The notes under the pieces: generated by a model
The model's database searches: none
What the model was told of the DNA's origin: nothing
The model's input: only the letters and a program-made list of their open reading frames with translations
Made by a program: the position numbers and the translations under genes
Shown: in pieces, positions 10,986 to 19,500 of the stretch
Layout: each line of letters starts with the position of its first letter
How positions within the stretch are numbered: position 1 is the stretch's first letter
Source: a virus
Lineage: Duplodnaviria > Heunggongvirae > Uroviricota > Caudoviricetes
Virus record (IMG/VR): IMGVR_UViG_2529293039_000011
DNA length: 41,625 nt
Reading direction: 5' to 3' (one strand)

Positions 10986-11201
10986 ATGAGCAACCTACGA
11001 AAATATCGAGAGTCACTGAATATCTCTCAAACAACACTTGCTAAGGCAGTTGGATGCACACAGGGAGCTATCGGACATTGGGAATCTGGTCGTCGCTTCC
11101 CAGACCTTAAAACATGCCGTGCTCTTGTTGCGTGTCTAAACAAGTTAGGCGCAAAAGTAAGTCTTGATGACGTGTTCCCGCCGGAGCACAAAGCCGCTTA
11201 A
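10986..11201 (+). CDS. cro: Cro-like HTH repressor (71 aa; track ORF starts earlier at 10917)
   Basis: Start at ATG preceded by [36 protein letters not shown] of XRE type; divergent to cI. Confidence 0.8.
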   Translation: MSNLRKYRESLNISQTTLAKAVGCTQGAIGHWESGRRFPDLKTCRALVACLNKLGAKVSLDDVFPPEHKAA

Positions 11202-11210
11202 TAAGCGGAG

Positions 11211-11256
11211 CCGCTCTTTGTAACAACGGACATTCGTCCTACGTCGCTGAAAAGCG
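11211..11256 (+). promoter_or_regulatory. nutR: boxA CGCTCTTTGTAACAACG and boxB hairpin TCGC-TGAAAA-GCGA
   Basis: Directly after cro stop; paralogous to nutL with a compensatory stem change. Confidence 0.5.
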
Positions 11257-11342
11257 AGCCCCAAGATATCTGACCAACTAAGGCCATATGCGTTTCCACG
11301 CATACCTTTCAACTAACTATTCACTATTGGAAATCTTAAGAA

Positions 11343-11639
11343 ATGGAACAAACAAGTTACAGCAAACTATCACAGCGTGACGTTGATCGCGCAGAAACAG
11401 ATTTACTCATCAACCTGTCAACGCTTACCCAGCGTGGTCTGGCAAAGATGATTGGCTGTCATGAATCGAAGATAAGCAGAACGGACTGGCGGTTTATTGC
11501 TTCGGTCTTGTGTGCTTTCGGAATGGCATCAGACATCAGTCCAATTAGCAGGGCTTTTAAGTATGCGCTTGATGGAATCACAAAGAAAAAACGCCCGGCG
11601 GCAACCGAGCGTTCTGAACAAATCCAGATGGAGTTCTGA
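11343..11639 (+). CDS. cII: cII transcriptional activator (98 aa)
   Basis: C-terminal KKRPAATERSEQIQMEF matches my recollection of lambda cII. Confidence 0.88.
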   Translation: MEQTSYSKLSQRDVDRAETDLLINLSTLTQRGLAKMIGCHESKISRTDWRFIASVLCAFGMASDISPISRAFKYALDGITKKKRPAATERSEQIQMEF

Positions 11640-11671
11640 GGTCATTACTGGATCTATCAACAGGAGTCATT

Positions 11672-12570
11672 ATGACAAATACAGCAAAAATACTCAACTT
11701 CGGCAGAGGTAACTTTGCCGGACAGGAGCGTAATGTGGCAGATCTCGATGATGGTTACGCCAGACTATCAAATATGCTGCTTGAGGCTTATTCAGGCGCA
11801 GATCTGACCAAGCGACAGTTTAAAGTGCTGCTTGCCATTCTGCGTAAAACCTATGGGTGGAATAAACCAATGGACAGAATCACCGATTCTCAACTTAGCG
11901 AGATTACAAAGTTACCCGTCAAACGGTGCAATGAAGCCAAGTTAGAACTCGTCAGAATGAATATTATCAAGCAGCAAGGCGGCATGTTTGGACCAAATAA
12001 AAACATCTCAGAATGGTGTATCCCTCAAAACGAGGGAAAATCCCCTAAAACGAGGGATAAAACATCCCTCAAATTGGGGGATTGCTATCCCTCAAAACAG
12101 GGGGACACAAAAGACACTATTACAAAAGAAAAAGAAAAGATTATTCGTCCGAGAATTCTGGCGAATCCTCTGACCAGCCAGAAAACGATCTTTCTGTGGT
12201 TAAACCGGATGCTGCAATTCAGAGCGGCAGCAAGTGGGGAACAGCAGAAGACCTGACCGCCGCAGAGTGGATGTTTGACATGGTGAAGACCATCGCGCCA
12301 TCAGCCAGAAAACCGAATTTTGCTGGGTGGGCTAACGATATCCGCCTGATGCGTGAACGTGACGGACGTAACCACCGCGATATGTGTGTGCTTTTCCGCT
12401 GGGCCTGCCAGGACAACTTCTGGTCCGGTAACGTGCTGAGTCCGGCCAAACTCCGCGACAAGTGGACCCAGCTCGAAATCAACCGTAACAAGCAACAGGC
12501 AGGCGTGACAGCCAGCAAACCAAAACTCGACCTGACAAACACTGACTGGATTTACGGGGTGGATTTATGA
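11672..12570 (+). pseudogene. O: Replication initiator O, interrupted by a 1-nt frameshift inside the origin (track ORFs 11672..12256 and 12082..12570)
   Basis: N-terminal frame MTNTAKILNFGRGNFAGQERNVADLDDGYARL... is lambda O; C-terminal frame ...GVDL ends by overlapping the P start; the span is 899 nt, not a multiple of 3. Confidence 0.75.
12021..12106 (+). repeat. Lambda-type replication origin: four iterons of about 18 bp, followed by an AT-rich tract
   Basis: Tandem repeats TCCCTCAAAACGAGGGAA, TCCCCTAAAACGAGGGAT, ATCCCTCAAATTGGGGGA, ATCCCTCAAAACAGGGGGA. Confidence 0.8.
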
Positions 12571-13268
12571 AAAACATCGCCGCACAGATGGTTAACTTTG
12601 ACCGTGAGCAGATGCGTCGGATCGCCAACAACATGCCGGAACAGTACGACGAAAAGCCGCAGGTACAACAGGTAGCGCAGATCATCAACGGTGTGTTCAG
12701 CCAGTTACTGGCAACTTTCCCGGCGAGCCTGGCTAACCGTGACCAGAACGAACTGAACGAAATCCGCCGCCAGTGGGTTCTGGCTTTCCGGGAAAACGGG
12801 ATCACCACAATGGAACAGGTTAACGCAGGAATGCGCGTAGCCCGTCGGCAGAATCGACCATTTCTGCCATCACCCGGGCAGTTTGTTGCATGGTGCCGGG
12901 AAGAAGCATCCGTTATCGCCGGACTGCCAAACGTCAGCGAGCTGGTTGATATGGTTTACGAGTATTGCCGGAAGCGAGGCCTGTATCCGGATGCGGAGTC
13001 TTATCCGTGGAAATCAAACGCGCACTACTGGCTGGTTACCAACCTGTATCAGAACATGCGGGCCAATGCGCTTACTGATGCGGAATTACGCCGTAAGGCC
13101 GCAGATGAGCTTGTCCATATGACTGCGAGAATTAACCGTGGTGAGTCGATCCCTGAACCAGTAAAACAACTTCCTGTCATGGGCGGTAGACCTCTAAATC
13201 GTGCACAGGCTCTGGCGAAGATCGCAGAACTCAAAGCTAAGTTCGGACTGAAAGGAGCAAGTGTATGA
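12567..13268 (+). CDS. P: Replication protein P (DnaB helicase loader, 233 aa)
   Basis: Protein MKNIAAQMVNFDREQMRRIANNMPEQYDEKPQVQQ... matches my recollection of lambda P; ATGA overlap with O. Confidence 0.9.
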   Translation: MKNIAAQMVNFDREQMRRIANNMPEQYDEKPQVQQVAQIINGVFSQLLATFPASLANRDQNELNEIRRQWVLAFRENGITTMEQVNAGMRVARRQNRPFLPSPGQFVAWCREEASVIAGLPNVSELVDMVYEYCRKRGLYPDAESYPWKSNAHYWLVTNLYQNMRANALTDAELRRKAADELVHMTARINRGESIPEPVKQLPVMGGRPLNRAQALAKIAELKAKFGLKGASV

Positions 13269-13555
13269 CGGGCAAAGAGGCAATTATTCATTACCTGGGG
13301 ACGCATAATAGCTTCTGTGCGCCGGACGTTGCCGCGCTAACAGGCGCAACAGTAACCAGCATAAATCAGGCCGCGGCTAAAATGGCACGGGCAGGTCTTC
13401 TGGTTATCGAAGGTAAGGTCTGGCGAACGGTGTATTACCGGTTTGCTACCAAGGAAGAACGGGAAGGAAAGATGAGCACGAACCTAATTTTTAAGGAGTG
13501 TCGCCAGAGTGCCGCGATGAAACGGGTATTGGCGGTATATGGAGTTAAAAGATGA
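13265..13555 (+). CDS. ren: Ren protein (96 aa)
   Basis: Protein MTGKEAIIHYLGTHNSFCAPDVAALTGATV... matches my recollection of lambda Ren; overlaps P stop. Confidence 0.85.
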   Translation: MTGKEAIIHYLGTHNSFCAPDVAALTGATVTSINQAAAKMARAGLLVIEGKVWRTVYYRFATKEEREGKMSTNLIFKECRQSAAMKRVLAVYGVKR

Positions 13556-13580
13556 CCATCTACATCACTGAGCTAATAAC

Positions 13581-13613
13581 AGGCCTGCTGGTAATCGCAG
13601 GCCTTTTTATTTG
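13581..13613 (+). terminator. Intrinsic terminator after ren (tR2 position)
   Basis: Hairpin AGGCCTGC-TGGTAATC-GCAGGCCT followed by TTTTTATTT. Confidence 0.6.
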
Positions 13614-13627
13614 GGGGAGAGTAAATC

Positions 13628-13954
13628 GTGGCTGACTGGCAAATACCAATCATCATTCTTGCCGGAGCTTCGCTGGTTGCTGGCTTTATCCTGCTGAAGA
13701 AGCATAAAGACCGTGATCAAAAAGTCGAAGTTCTCTATGGGTATCCGGCGAACAGCACAACATGGCTGACTATTTACCACTACCGAAAATCAGGCCGTTG
13801 GGTATTCGAATGGGATGATCTGTTTGCTGAAAAGCGACCAAAGTCATGGGGAGACATCAGCGAATGCATGATGTTTGAAGAAAGAAAATCCGGCGCAACC
13901 CGAGAAGAGTTTAACGAAGCGTGGAGGCGATTAAGTGAGAGGGGGTATCAATGA
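13628..13954 (+). CDS. Hypothetical membrane-anchored protein (108 aa), GTG start
   Basis: GTG preceded by GGGGGAGAG; N-terminal hydrophobic segment IPIIILAGASLVAGFILL followed by a charged soluble domain. Confidence 0.55.
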   Translation: MADWQIPIIILAGASLVAGFILLKKHKDRDQKVEVLYGYPANSTTWLTIYHYRKSGRWVFEWDDLFAEKRPKSWGDISECMMFEERKSGATREEFNEAWRRLSERGYQ

Positions 13955-13976
13955 GCAGAATTAAGTCGAGGTAACA

Positions 13977-14423
13977 ATGAAGCAAATATACATGCTTCGC
14001 AACGAAGCAATCAGAAACAACGCCATAGACGCAATACTCTCACTTCCGATCGACGACAAGTCACCTCACGAAGTCCACATTAAAGAACCCAGGCGGAGCA
14101 ATCCTCAAAACCGCCTTATGTGGGCGTTATTGCAGGACGTATCACGTCAGGTGCTTTGGCATGGAAAGAGACTTGCGCCGGAGGACTGGAAAGATCTGTT
14201 CACTGCCCTGTGGCTTAAGACCAAAAAACTGGAGCAACGAAGTGCGCCTGGTATCGACGGTGGCGTTGTCATGCTTGGCGTGCGTACCAGCAAAATGCGA
14301 AAGGCCAGCATGACTGAGCTTATCGAAATCATGTTCTGGTTCGGCTCAGAGCGCAACGTGCGGTGGAGTGATGACTCCCGGCGAGAGTATGAATGGTCAC
14401 AACGAAAAGGTAGGGCTGCATGA
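13977..14423 (+). CDS. ninB: NinB (Orf family recombination protein, 148 aa)
   Basis: Conserved NinB blocks NPQNRLMWALLQDVSRQVLWHGKRL and RNVRWSDDSRREYEW, as recalled from lambda NinB. Confidence 0.85.
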   Translation: MKQIYMLRNEAIRNNAIDAILSLPIDDKSPHEVHIKEPRRSNPQNRLMWALLQDVSRQVLWHGKRLAPEDWKDLFTALWLKTKKLEQRSAPGIDGGVVMLGVRTSKMRKASMTELIEIMFWFGSERNVRWSDDSRREYEWSQRKGRAA

Positions 14424-14947
14424 CTATCAAATCAAATACGCCAGCACACGACAAGGACTGCTGGCAAACGCCGCTTTGGCTTTTTGATGCACTGGATATT
14501 GAGTTTGGATTCTGGCTGGATTCGGCAGCGAGCGACAAAAATGCTCTGTGCGCTCACTGGCTAACTGAGGCTGACGACGCGCTAAATTCTGAGTGGGTAA
14601 GCCACGGTGCAATCTGGAATAACCCACCGTACAGCAATATCAGGCCGTGGGTGGAAAAAGCCGCTGAGCAGTGTATACAACAACGACAGACGGTAGTGAT
14701 GCTTGTGCCAGAGGATATGTCAGTCGGATGGTTCAGCAAGGCTCTGGAGAGTGTCGACGAAGTTCGTATTATCACTGATGGACGGATTAATTTTGTCGAA
14801 CCATCGACAGGACTGGAGAAGAAGGGAAACAGCAAAGGTTCCATGCTGCTGATTTGGCGACCGTTCATCAGTTCTCGACGGATGTTTACTACTGTATCCA
14901 AAGCGGCATTGATGGCGATCGGGCAGGGCGTCAGGAGGGCAGCATGA
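14420..14947 (+). CDS. Phage DNA N6-adenine methyltransferase (175 aa)
   Basis: Catalytic NPPY motif (IWNNPPYS) and N-terminal DCWQTP block typical of the phage Dam-like family. Confidence 0.85.
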   Translation: MTIKSNTPAHDKDCWQTPLWLFDALDIEFGFWLDSAASDKNALCAHWLTEADDALNSEWVSHGAIWNNPPYSNIRPWVEKAAEQCIQQRQTVVMLVPEDMSVGWFSKALESVDEVRIITDGRINFVEPSTGLEKKGNSKGSMLLIWRPFISSRRMFTTVSKAALMAIGQGVRRAA

Positions 14948-15126
14948 GACGACAGCGACGAAGTTTCACCGACATCATCTGCGAAAACTGCAAATACCTT
15001 CCAACGAAACGCTACAGAAATAAACGCAAGCCAATCCCAAAAGAATCTGACGTAAAAACCTTCAACTACACGGCTCACCTGTGGGATATCCGGTGGCTAA
15101 GACATTGTGCGAGGAAAACAAGGTGA
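14944..15126 (+). CDS. ninE: NinE (60 aa; track ORF 14854..15126 starts earlier)
   Basis: [52 protein letters not shown] matches my recollection of lambda NinE; start overlaps methylase stop. Confidence 0.7.
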   Translation: MRRQRRSFTDIICENCKYLPTKRYRNKRKPIPKESDVKTFNYTAHLWDIRWLRHCARKTR

Positions 15127-15293
15127 TTGACCAAAATCGAAGTTACGAACAAGAAAGCGTCGAGCGAGCTTTAACGTGCGCTAACTGCGGTCAGAAGCTG
15201 CATGTGCTGGAAGTTCACGTGTGTGAGCACTGTTGCGCAGAACTTATGAGCGATCCGAATAGCTCAATGTACGAGGAAGAAGACGATGAATGA
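15123..15293 (+). CDS. ninF: NinF-like protein (about 57 aa, GTG start; track ORF begins at 15081)
   Basis: [48 protein letters not shown] matches my recollection of lambda NinF; Cys-rich. Confidence 0.6.
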   Translation: MIDQNRSYEQESVERALTCANCGQKLHVLEVHVCEHCCAELMSDPNSSMYEEEDDE

Positions 15294-16008
15294 GTTAATA
15301 AATGGCAATGCCATAAAAATGACAAGCATTGAAATCGCTGAGTTGGTTGGTAAGCGTCATGACAATGTGAAACGTACCATCGAAACGCTGGCTAAAAATG
15401 GTGTTATCCGGCTTCCTCAAATTGAGGATTGTGGAAGAATCAATGGGTTAGGCTTAAATCAAAGTTTTTGTGTGTATGTATTCGAAGGCGAACAAGGAAA
15501 GCGAGACAGTATTGTCGTTGTAGCCCAGTTGTCGCCGGAATTCACGGCTCGCCTTGTTGACCGTTGGCGAGAGCTTGAAGAAGCTGCGGTTAATATCCCA
15601 AAAACGCTACCAGAAGCGTTGCGCCTTGCTGCTGACCTTGCTGAGCAGAAAATGCAACTGGAAAACCAGCTAGCAATTGCCGCACCTAAAGTTGAGTTTG
15701 CCGATCGCGTTGGCGAGGCCAGCGGAATTTTGATTGGAAACTTTGCAAAGGTTGTTGGAATTGGTCCAAACAAACTGTTTGCGTGGATGCGCGATCACAA
15801 AATCCTTATTGCTTCAGGTTCCCGGCGCAATGTGCCAATGCAGGAATATATGGATCGCGGCTATTTCACAGTGAAAGAAACAGCGGTCAACACAAATCAC
15901 GGAATACAGATATCGTTCACCACAAAAATCACCGGGTGTGGTCAACAGTGGCTGACCAGAAAGCTGCTCGATAACGGAATGCTGAAAGTAACAGGGGAGG
16001 CTGCTTAA
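15286..16008 (+). CDS. Rha/KilAC-family phage antirepressor-like protein (240 aa)
   Basis: N-terminal Rha-like block (TSIEIAELVGKRHDNVKRTIETL) and C-terminal KilAC-like region. Confidence 0.7.
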   Translation: MNELINGNAIKMTSIEIAELVGKRHDNVKRTIETLAKNGVIRLPQIEDCGRINGLGLNQSFCVYVFEGEQGKRDSIVVVAQLSPEFTARLVDRWRELEEAAVNIPKTLPEALRLAADLAEQKMQLENQLAIAAPKVEFADRVGEASGILIGNFAKVVGIGPNKLFAWMRDHKILIASGSRRNVPMQEYMDRGYFTVKETAVNTNHGIQISFTTKITGCGQQWLTRKLLDNGMLKVTGEAA

Positions 16009-16298
16009 TGGCTAACCTACGCAAAGAAGCTCGCGGCAGAGAATGCCAGGTACGTATTTACGGCGTATGCAATGGCAACCCTGAAACTACAGTTCTGGCA
16101 CATTACCGGATGGCTGGAATTTGCGGAACGGGAATGAAGCCTGACGACCTGATCGGCGCATGGGCTTGTAGCGCGTGTCACGATGAAATCGACCGACGCA
16201 CCCATAACCTCGACAACAAAGACGCCAGACTTTACCACCTCGAAGGCGTGATCAGGACGCAGGCGATACTGCTGAAGGAGGGGAAGATTAAGCCATGA
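16008..16298 (+). CDS. ybcO: YbcO-like protein (DUF1364, 96 aa)
   Basis: Cys/His cluster (CQVR..CNGNPETTVLAHYR..CSACHDEIDRRTH) matches my recollection of DLP12 YbcO. Confidence 0.7.
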   Translation: MANLRKEARGRECQVRIYGVCNGNPETTVLAHYRMAGICGTGMKPDDLIGAWACSACHDEIDRRTHNLDNKDARLYHLEGVIRTQAILLKEGKIKP

Positions 16299-16657
16299 AC
16301 GAATATCAGTTTGTGCTTCCATACCCGCCGTCGGTGAATACCTACTGGCGAAGACGGGGAGGCCAATACTACATCAGCGATAAAGGCCAGAAATACCGAA
16401 AAGACGTTCAGCAAATCATTCGCCAACTCAAGTTAGACATTTTCACCAAATCACGACTCCGTATCAAAGTCATCGCAGACGTTCCAGACTCCCGCCGCCG
16501 CGACCTCGACAACATCCTGAAAGGTTTACTCGACTCCCTTATCCACGCCGGATTTGCGGAAGACGACGAGCAATTCGATGACATTCGCGTAATTCGTGGT
16601 GTGAAAGTACCAGGCGGAAGGCTTGGAATAAAAATCACCGAACTGGAGAACACATGA
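16295..16657 (+). CDS. rusA: RusA Holliday-junction resolvase (120 aa)
   Basis: Protein MNEYQFVLPYPPSVNTYWRRRGGQYYISDKGQKYRKDVQ... with the RusA acidic catalytic region. Confidence 0.9.
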   Translation: MNEYQFVLPYPPSVNTYWRRRGGQYYISDKGQKYRKDVQQIIRQLKLDIFTKSRLRIKVIADVPDSRRRDLDNILKGLLDSLIHAGFAEDDEQFDDIRVIRGVKVPGGRLGIKITELENT

Positions 16658-16788
16658 ACAAAGCATTCGAACGATATATGCGCCAGCGTTATGGCAATCG
16701 CTACGATCTTACCCGCGATGCTTACGGCTTCTACTGTCGTGAGGTTGTGAAACGAATGTTTGAAGTGTGGTGTCATTGCAAAGGATAG
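16654..16788 (+). CDS. Small protein (44 aa) coupled to rusA, possibly YlcG-like
   Basis: ATG overlaps rusA stop (ATGA); translates MNKAFERYMRQRYGNRYDLTRDAYGFYCREVVKRMFEVWCHCKG; below track cutoff. Confidence 0.4.
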   Translation: MNKAFERYMRQRYGNRYDLTRDAYGFYCREVVKRMFEVWCHCKG

Positions 16789-16799
16789 AGGGGAAGACG

Positions 16800-17423
16800 A
16801 TGAGACTCGAAAGCGTAGCTAAATTTCATTCGCCAAAAAGCCCGATGATGAGCGACTCACCACGGGCCACGGCTTCTGACTCTCTTTCCGGTACTGATGT
16901 GATGGCTGCTATGGGGATGGCGCAATCACAAGCCGGATTCGGAATGGCTGCATTCTGCGGTAAGCACGAACTCAGCCAGAACGACAAACAAAAGGCTATC
17001 AACTATCTGATGCAATTTGCACACAAGGTATCGGGGAAATACCGTGGCGTGGCAAAGCTTGAAGGAAATACTAAGGCAAAGGTACTGCAAGTGCTCGCAA
17101 CATTCGCTTATGCGGATTATTGCCGTAGTGCCGCGACGCCGGGCGCAAGATGCAGAGATTGCCACGGTACAGGCCGTGCGGTTGATATAGCCAAAACAGA
17201 GCAGTGGGGGATAGTTGCTGAGAAAGAGTGCGGAAGATGTAAAGGCGTCGGTTATTCAAGAATGCCAGCAAGCGCCGCATATCGCGCTGTGACGATGCTA
17301 ATCCCAAACCTTACCCAACCCACCTGGTCACGCACTGTTAAGCCGCTGTATGACGCTCTGGTTGTGCAATGCCACAAGGAAGAGTCAATCGCAGACAACA
17401 TTTTGAATGCGATCACACGTTAG
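16800..17423 (+). CDS. Q: Late-gene antiterminator Q, lambda type (207 aa; track ORF begins at 16767)
   Basis: MRLESVAKFHSPKSPMMSDSPRATASDSLSGTDVMAAMGMAQSQ... matches my recollection of lambda Q, including the zinc-binding CRDCHGTG...CGRCKG. Confidence 0.92.
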   Translation: MRLESVAKFHSPKSPMMSDSPRATASDSLSGTDVMAAMGMAQSQAGFGMAAFCGKHELSQNDKQKAINYLMQFAHKVSGKYRGVAKLEGNTKAKVLQVLATFAYADYCRSAATPGARCRDCHGTGRAVDIAKTEQWGIVAEKECGRCKGVGYSRMPASAAYRAVTMLIPNLTQPTWSRTVKPLYDALVVQCHKEESIADNILNAITR

Positions 17424-17465
17424 CGCCATGATTGCCACGGATGGCAACATATTAACGGCATAATA

Positions 17466-17500
17466 TTGACTTTTTGAATAACTTTGGGGAAACTTGACAC
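17466..17500 (+). promoter_or_regulatory. Late promoter pR' with overlapping qut region
   Basis: TTGACT, 17-bp spacer (TTTTGAATAACTTTGGG), GAAACT, in the same position and layout as I recall for lambda pR'. Confidence 0.5.
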
Positions 17501-17660
17501 CAATAATGGGCGTTTTTTACATGTCATTGATGAGTCTCAATAACCTGCCGCCGAGTAGTTTTTATGCTCTGAATTGTATTTGTGTAGTAAACATGCTGAC
17601 TGCAATGTAATAGAGTTTTTTTAGCCTGTAACCTCTTGACGGCATTGAATTGCTTTTGTT

Positions 17661-18419
17661 ATGAGTTGTAAGCCAATGTTATCATCTTGTATTGGGGTGG
17701 TTATGAAGGATGGTGCACTGCTCAGGAGTTCTTCACTTTTTATTGCCTACATGGGATGCCTTGGATGGGGGAGTGCTTATTTCTATGGATGGGGTACTTC
17801 TTTTTACTACGGCTTCCCATGGTGGATTGTAGGTGCAGGTGTTGATGATGTTGCCAGAAGTTTATTTTTTGCAGTTATCGTCATTGCTATATTTCTTATC
17901 GGTTGGGGTATTGGTGTTGTATTCTTTTTCGCAGTGAAAAGAAAACATTCTATGCAAGAGCTAAATGTATTTCGCCTTTATTTTGCTGTGGAATTATTGT
18001 TTGTGCCGGCAATTATTGAGTTTTCTATATTGAGACAGAAGATTCAGGTACCTCTTTTGCTACTGTCAGCAGCGATTGCGCTGGCGGTTACAATTTCGAT
18101 AAGATCTTATGGGCGATTTTTATCGGTATCATGCTTCTATGATAAGCCATTTATAAAAAAACATTTTTTTGAGATTGTGATGATTGCTTTTGTGGCATAT
18201 TTCTGGTTTTTTTCATTTCTGACAGGATATTACAAACCGCAGTTTAAGAAAGAATATGAAATGATTAATTATAATGATGGTTGGTATTATGTTCTTGCTC
18301 GTTATGATAATTGTCTGGTTTTGTCTACTTCTTTCAATGCAGGTAGTAAAAGGTTTGTCATTTATCAATCAGCACAAGATAAGAATCTTCAGGTTGATAT
18401 TGTAAGGACCAGAATTTAA
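17661..18419 (+). CDS. Polytopic membrane protein of unknown function (252 aa from 17661; about 238 aa if started at 17703)
   Basis: Several hydrophobic helices plus a roughly 60-aa C-terminal soluble tail; candidate promoter TTGACG, 17 bp, TTATGA upstream; GGGGTGG site before the internal ATG; visibly AT-rich. Confidence 0.6.
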   Translation: MSCKPMLSSCIGVVMKDGALLRSSSLFIAYMGCLGWGSAYFYGWGTSFYYGFPWWIVGAGVDDVARSLFFAVIVIAIFLIGWGIGVVFFFAVKRKHSMQELNVFRLYFAVELLFVPAIIEFSILRQKIQVPLLLLSAAIALAVTISIRSYGRFLSVSCFYDKPFIKKHFFEIVMIAFVAYFWFFSFLTGYYKPQFKKEYEMINYNDGWYYVLARYDNCLVLSTSFNAGSKRFVIYQSAQDKNLQVDIVRTRI

Positions 18420-18849
18420 TTGGCTGCATAAATAATATTTTAAGTTGCAAGTTGGCTATTCGTAGGAATAGAACCTTAGGCATGCTGAATGCGTTTTCTG
18501 AACATTGTTTTATAAACTGTGTCTGCTTGCTGTTGTGATCCTGCTTTTAGTGATGGTGATGATGGATTTCACCAGCAGGATAATGTTGGTACTGACTGAT
18601 GGCGCTCTGGTCTGCGGCATTGTGGTATTGCTGTGGCCGATGATGAAAAAACAGAATGAATAATCCTTGACTTTTTTGTTTACTGTTTATTAAAAAATCA
18701 ACCGCATGGTGAATCCTCCTTGGAGGGGCTAAATGATCGAGTTTTAAGGGCACGTAGCGAGTTCTGTTTGATCATTGCAGAACTTAGCGGGAGGCGCCAT
18801 GCGTACATCACTAATGTTATTTCCTTCTATCATTTTCCTTGTGAGTTCT

Positions 18850-18876
18850 GGCTGCGCATGGCGCGGCCTTTTTTTT
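18850..18876 (+). terminator. Intrinsic terminator downstream of the membrane-protein moron
   Basis: Hairpin GGCTGCGC-ATG-GCGCGGCC followed by TTTTTTTT. Confidence 0.5.
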
Positions 18877-19284
18877 ATGACCTGCCACTGGCAGATGGTC
18901 ATCCTGTGATTTGATTCCGGTTCCGGCTTTTTAACTCTGTTCCTGTACACGGGAGAAATTCTATGTCGATTAATCGTTATGATATTGGTTACAAGAAGTA
19001 CCACGTATTGTGTTGAGATAGAAAGCATGGTGCCAGAGGTAAATGCAGCAGCATAATAAAAAAGAGCCAGCGCAGAAGAGAACGGGTAAAAGAGTCTGCG
19101 CTGGCGTGGGGATATTCCCCGTGGAGAAATGATATGTAACACACATCGGGAACCTTTCTATATAAACATTATCATTATTGTCAATCATAACAGTCAGGTA
19201 TTATGACGTTTATGCATCAGGGCCATCAGGAATTAACTGGTGGCTTTTTATTGTTGTCAGCTTCCGGATAACGGGAGACGGGGT

Positions 19285-19500
19285 ATGTACCAGATGGAAA
19301 AAATAACAACAGGTGTGTCATACACCACGTCAGCGGTGGGGACGGGATACTGGCTACTGCAGTTGCTGGACAAAGTCTCCCCATCCCAGTGGGTGGCAAT
19401 AGGCGTATTGGGTAGCCTGGTGTTTGGCTTGCTGACGTATCTGACAAACCTTTATTTCAAGATTAAAGAAGATAAGCGTAAGGCTGCGAGAGGTGAATAA
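19285..19500 (+). CDS. S: Class II pinholin, phage 21 S-type (71 aa, dual-start MYQM; track ORF begins at 19240)
   Basis: [66 protein letters not shown] matches my recollection of S21/EssD-type holins; GGGAGACGGGG site upstream. Confidence 0.85.
   Translation: MYQMEKITTGVSYTTSAVGTGYWLLQLLDKVSPSQWVAIGVLGSLVFGLLTYLTNLYFKIKEDKRKAARGE

Noticed and set aside
12021-12106. Possible CRISPR-like repeat array
   Set aside because: The only tandem repeats are four contiguous 18-bp iterons with no spacers, inside O; this is the lambda-type origin.
14554-15078. 174-aa minus-strand ORF overlapping the methyltransferase and ninE
   Set aside because: Antisense to two well-supported, translationally coupled genes; no start context.
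18551-18661. 36-aa hydrophobic peptide ORF (MVMMDFTSRIMLVLTDGALVCGIVVLLWPMMKKQNE), a possible type I toxin
   Set aside because: No ribosome-binding site, no recognisable toxin family, and no antisense RNA structure evident; kept only as a note.
18799-18909. 36-aa lipoprotein-like ORF (MRTSLMLFPSIIFLVSSGC...) with a GGGAGG site
   Set aside because: Its coding sequence contains the terminator hairpin and T8 run at 18850..18876, so the lipobox-like sequence is more likely a by-product of the terminator.
17424-19284. Search for tRNA genes in the Q-S interval, as in Stx phages
   Set aside because: No T-loop or acceptor-stem pattern (GTTCGAATC-like) was found by eye in this interval.
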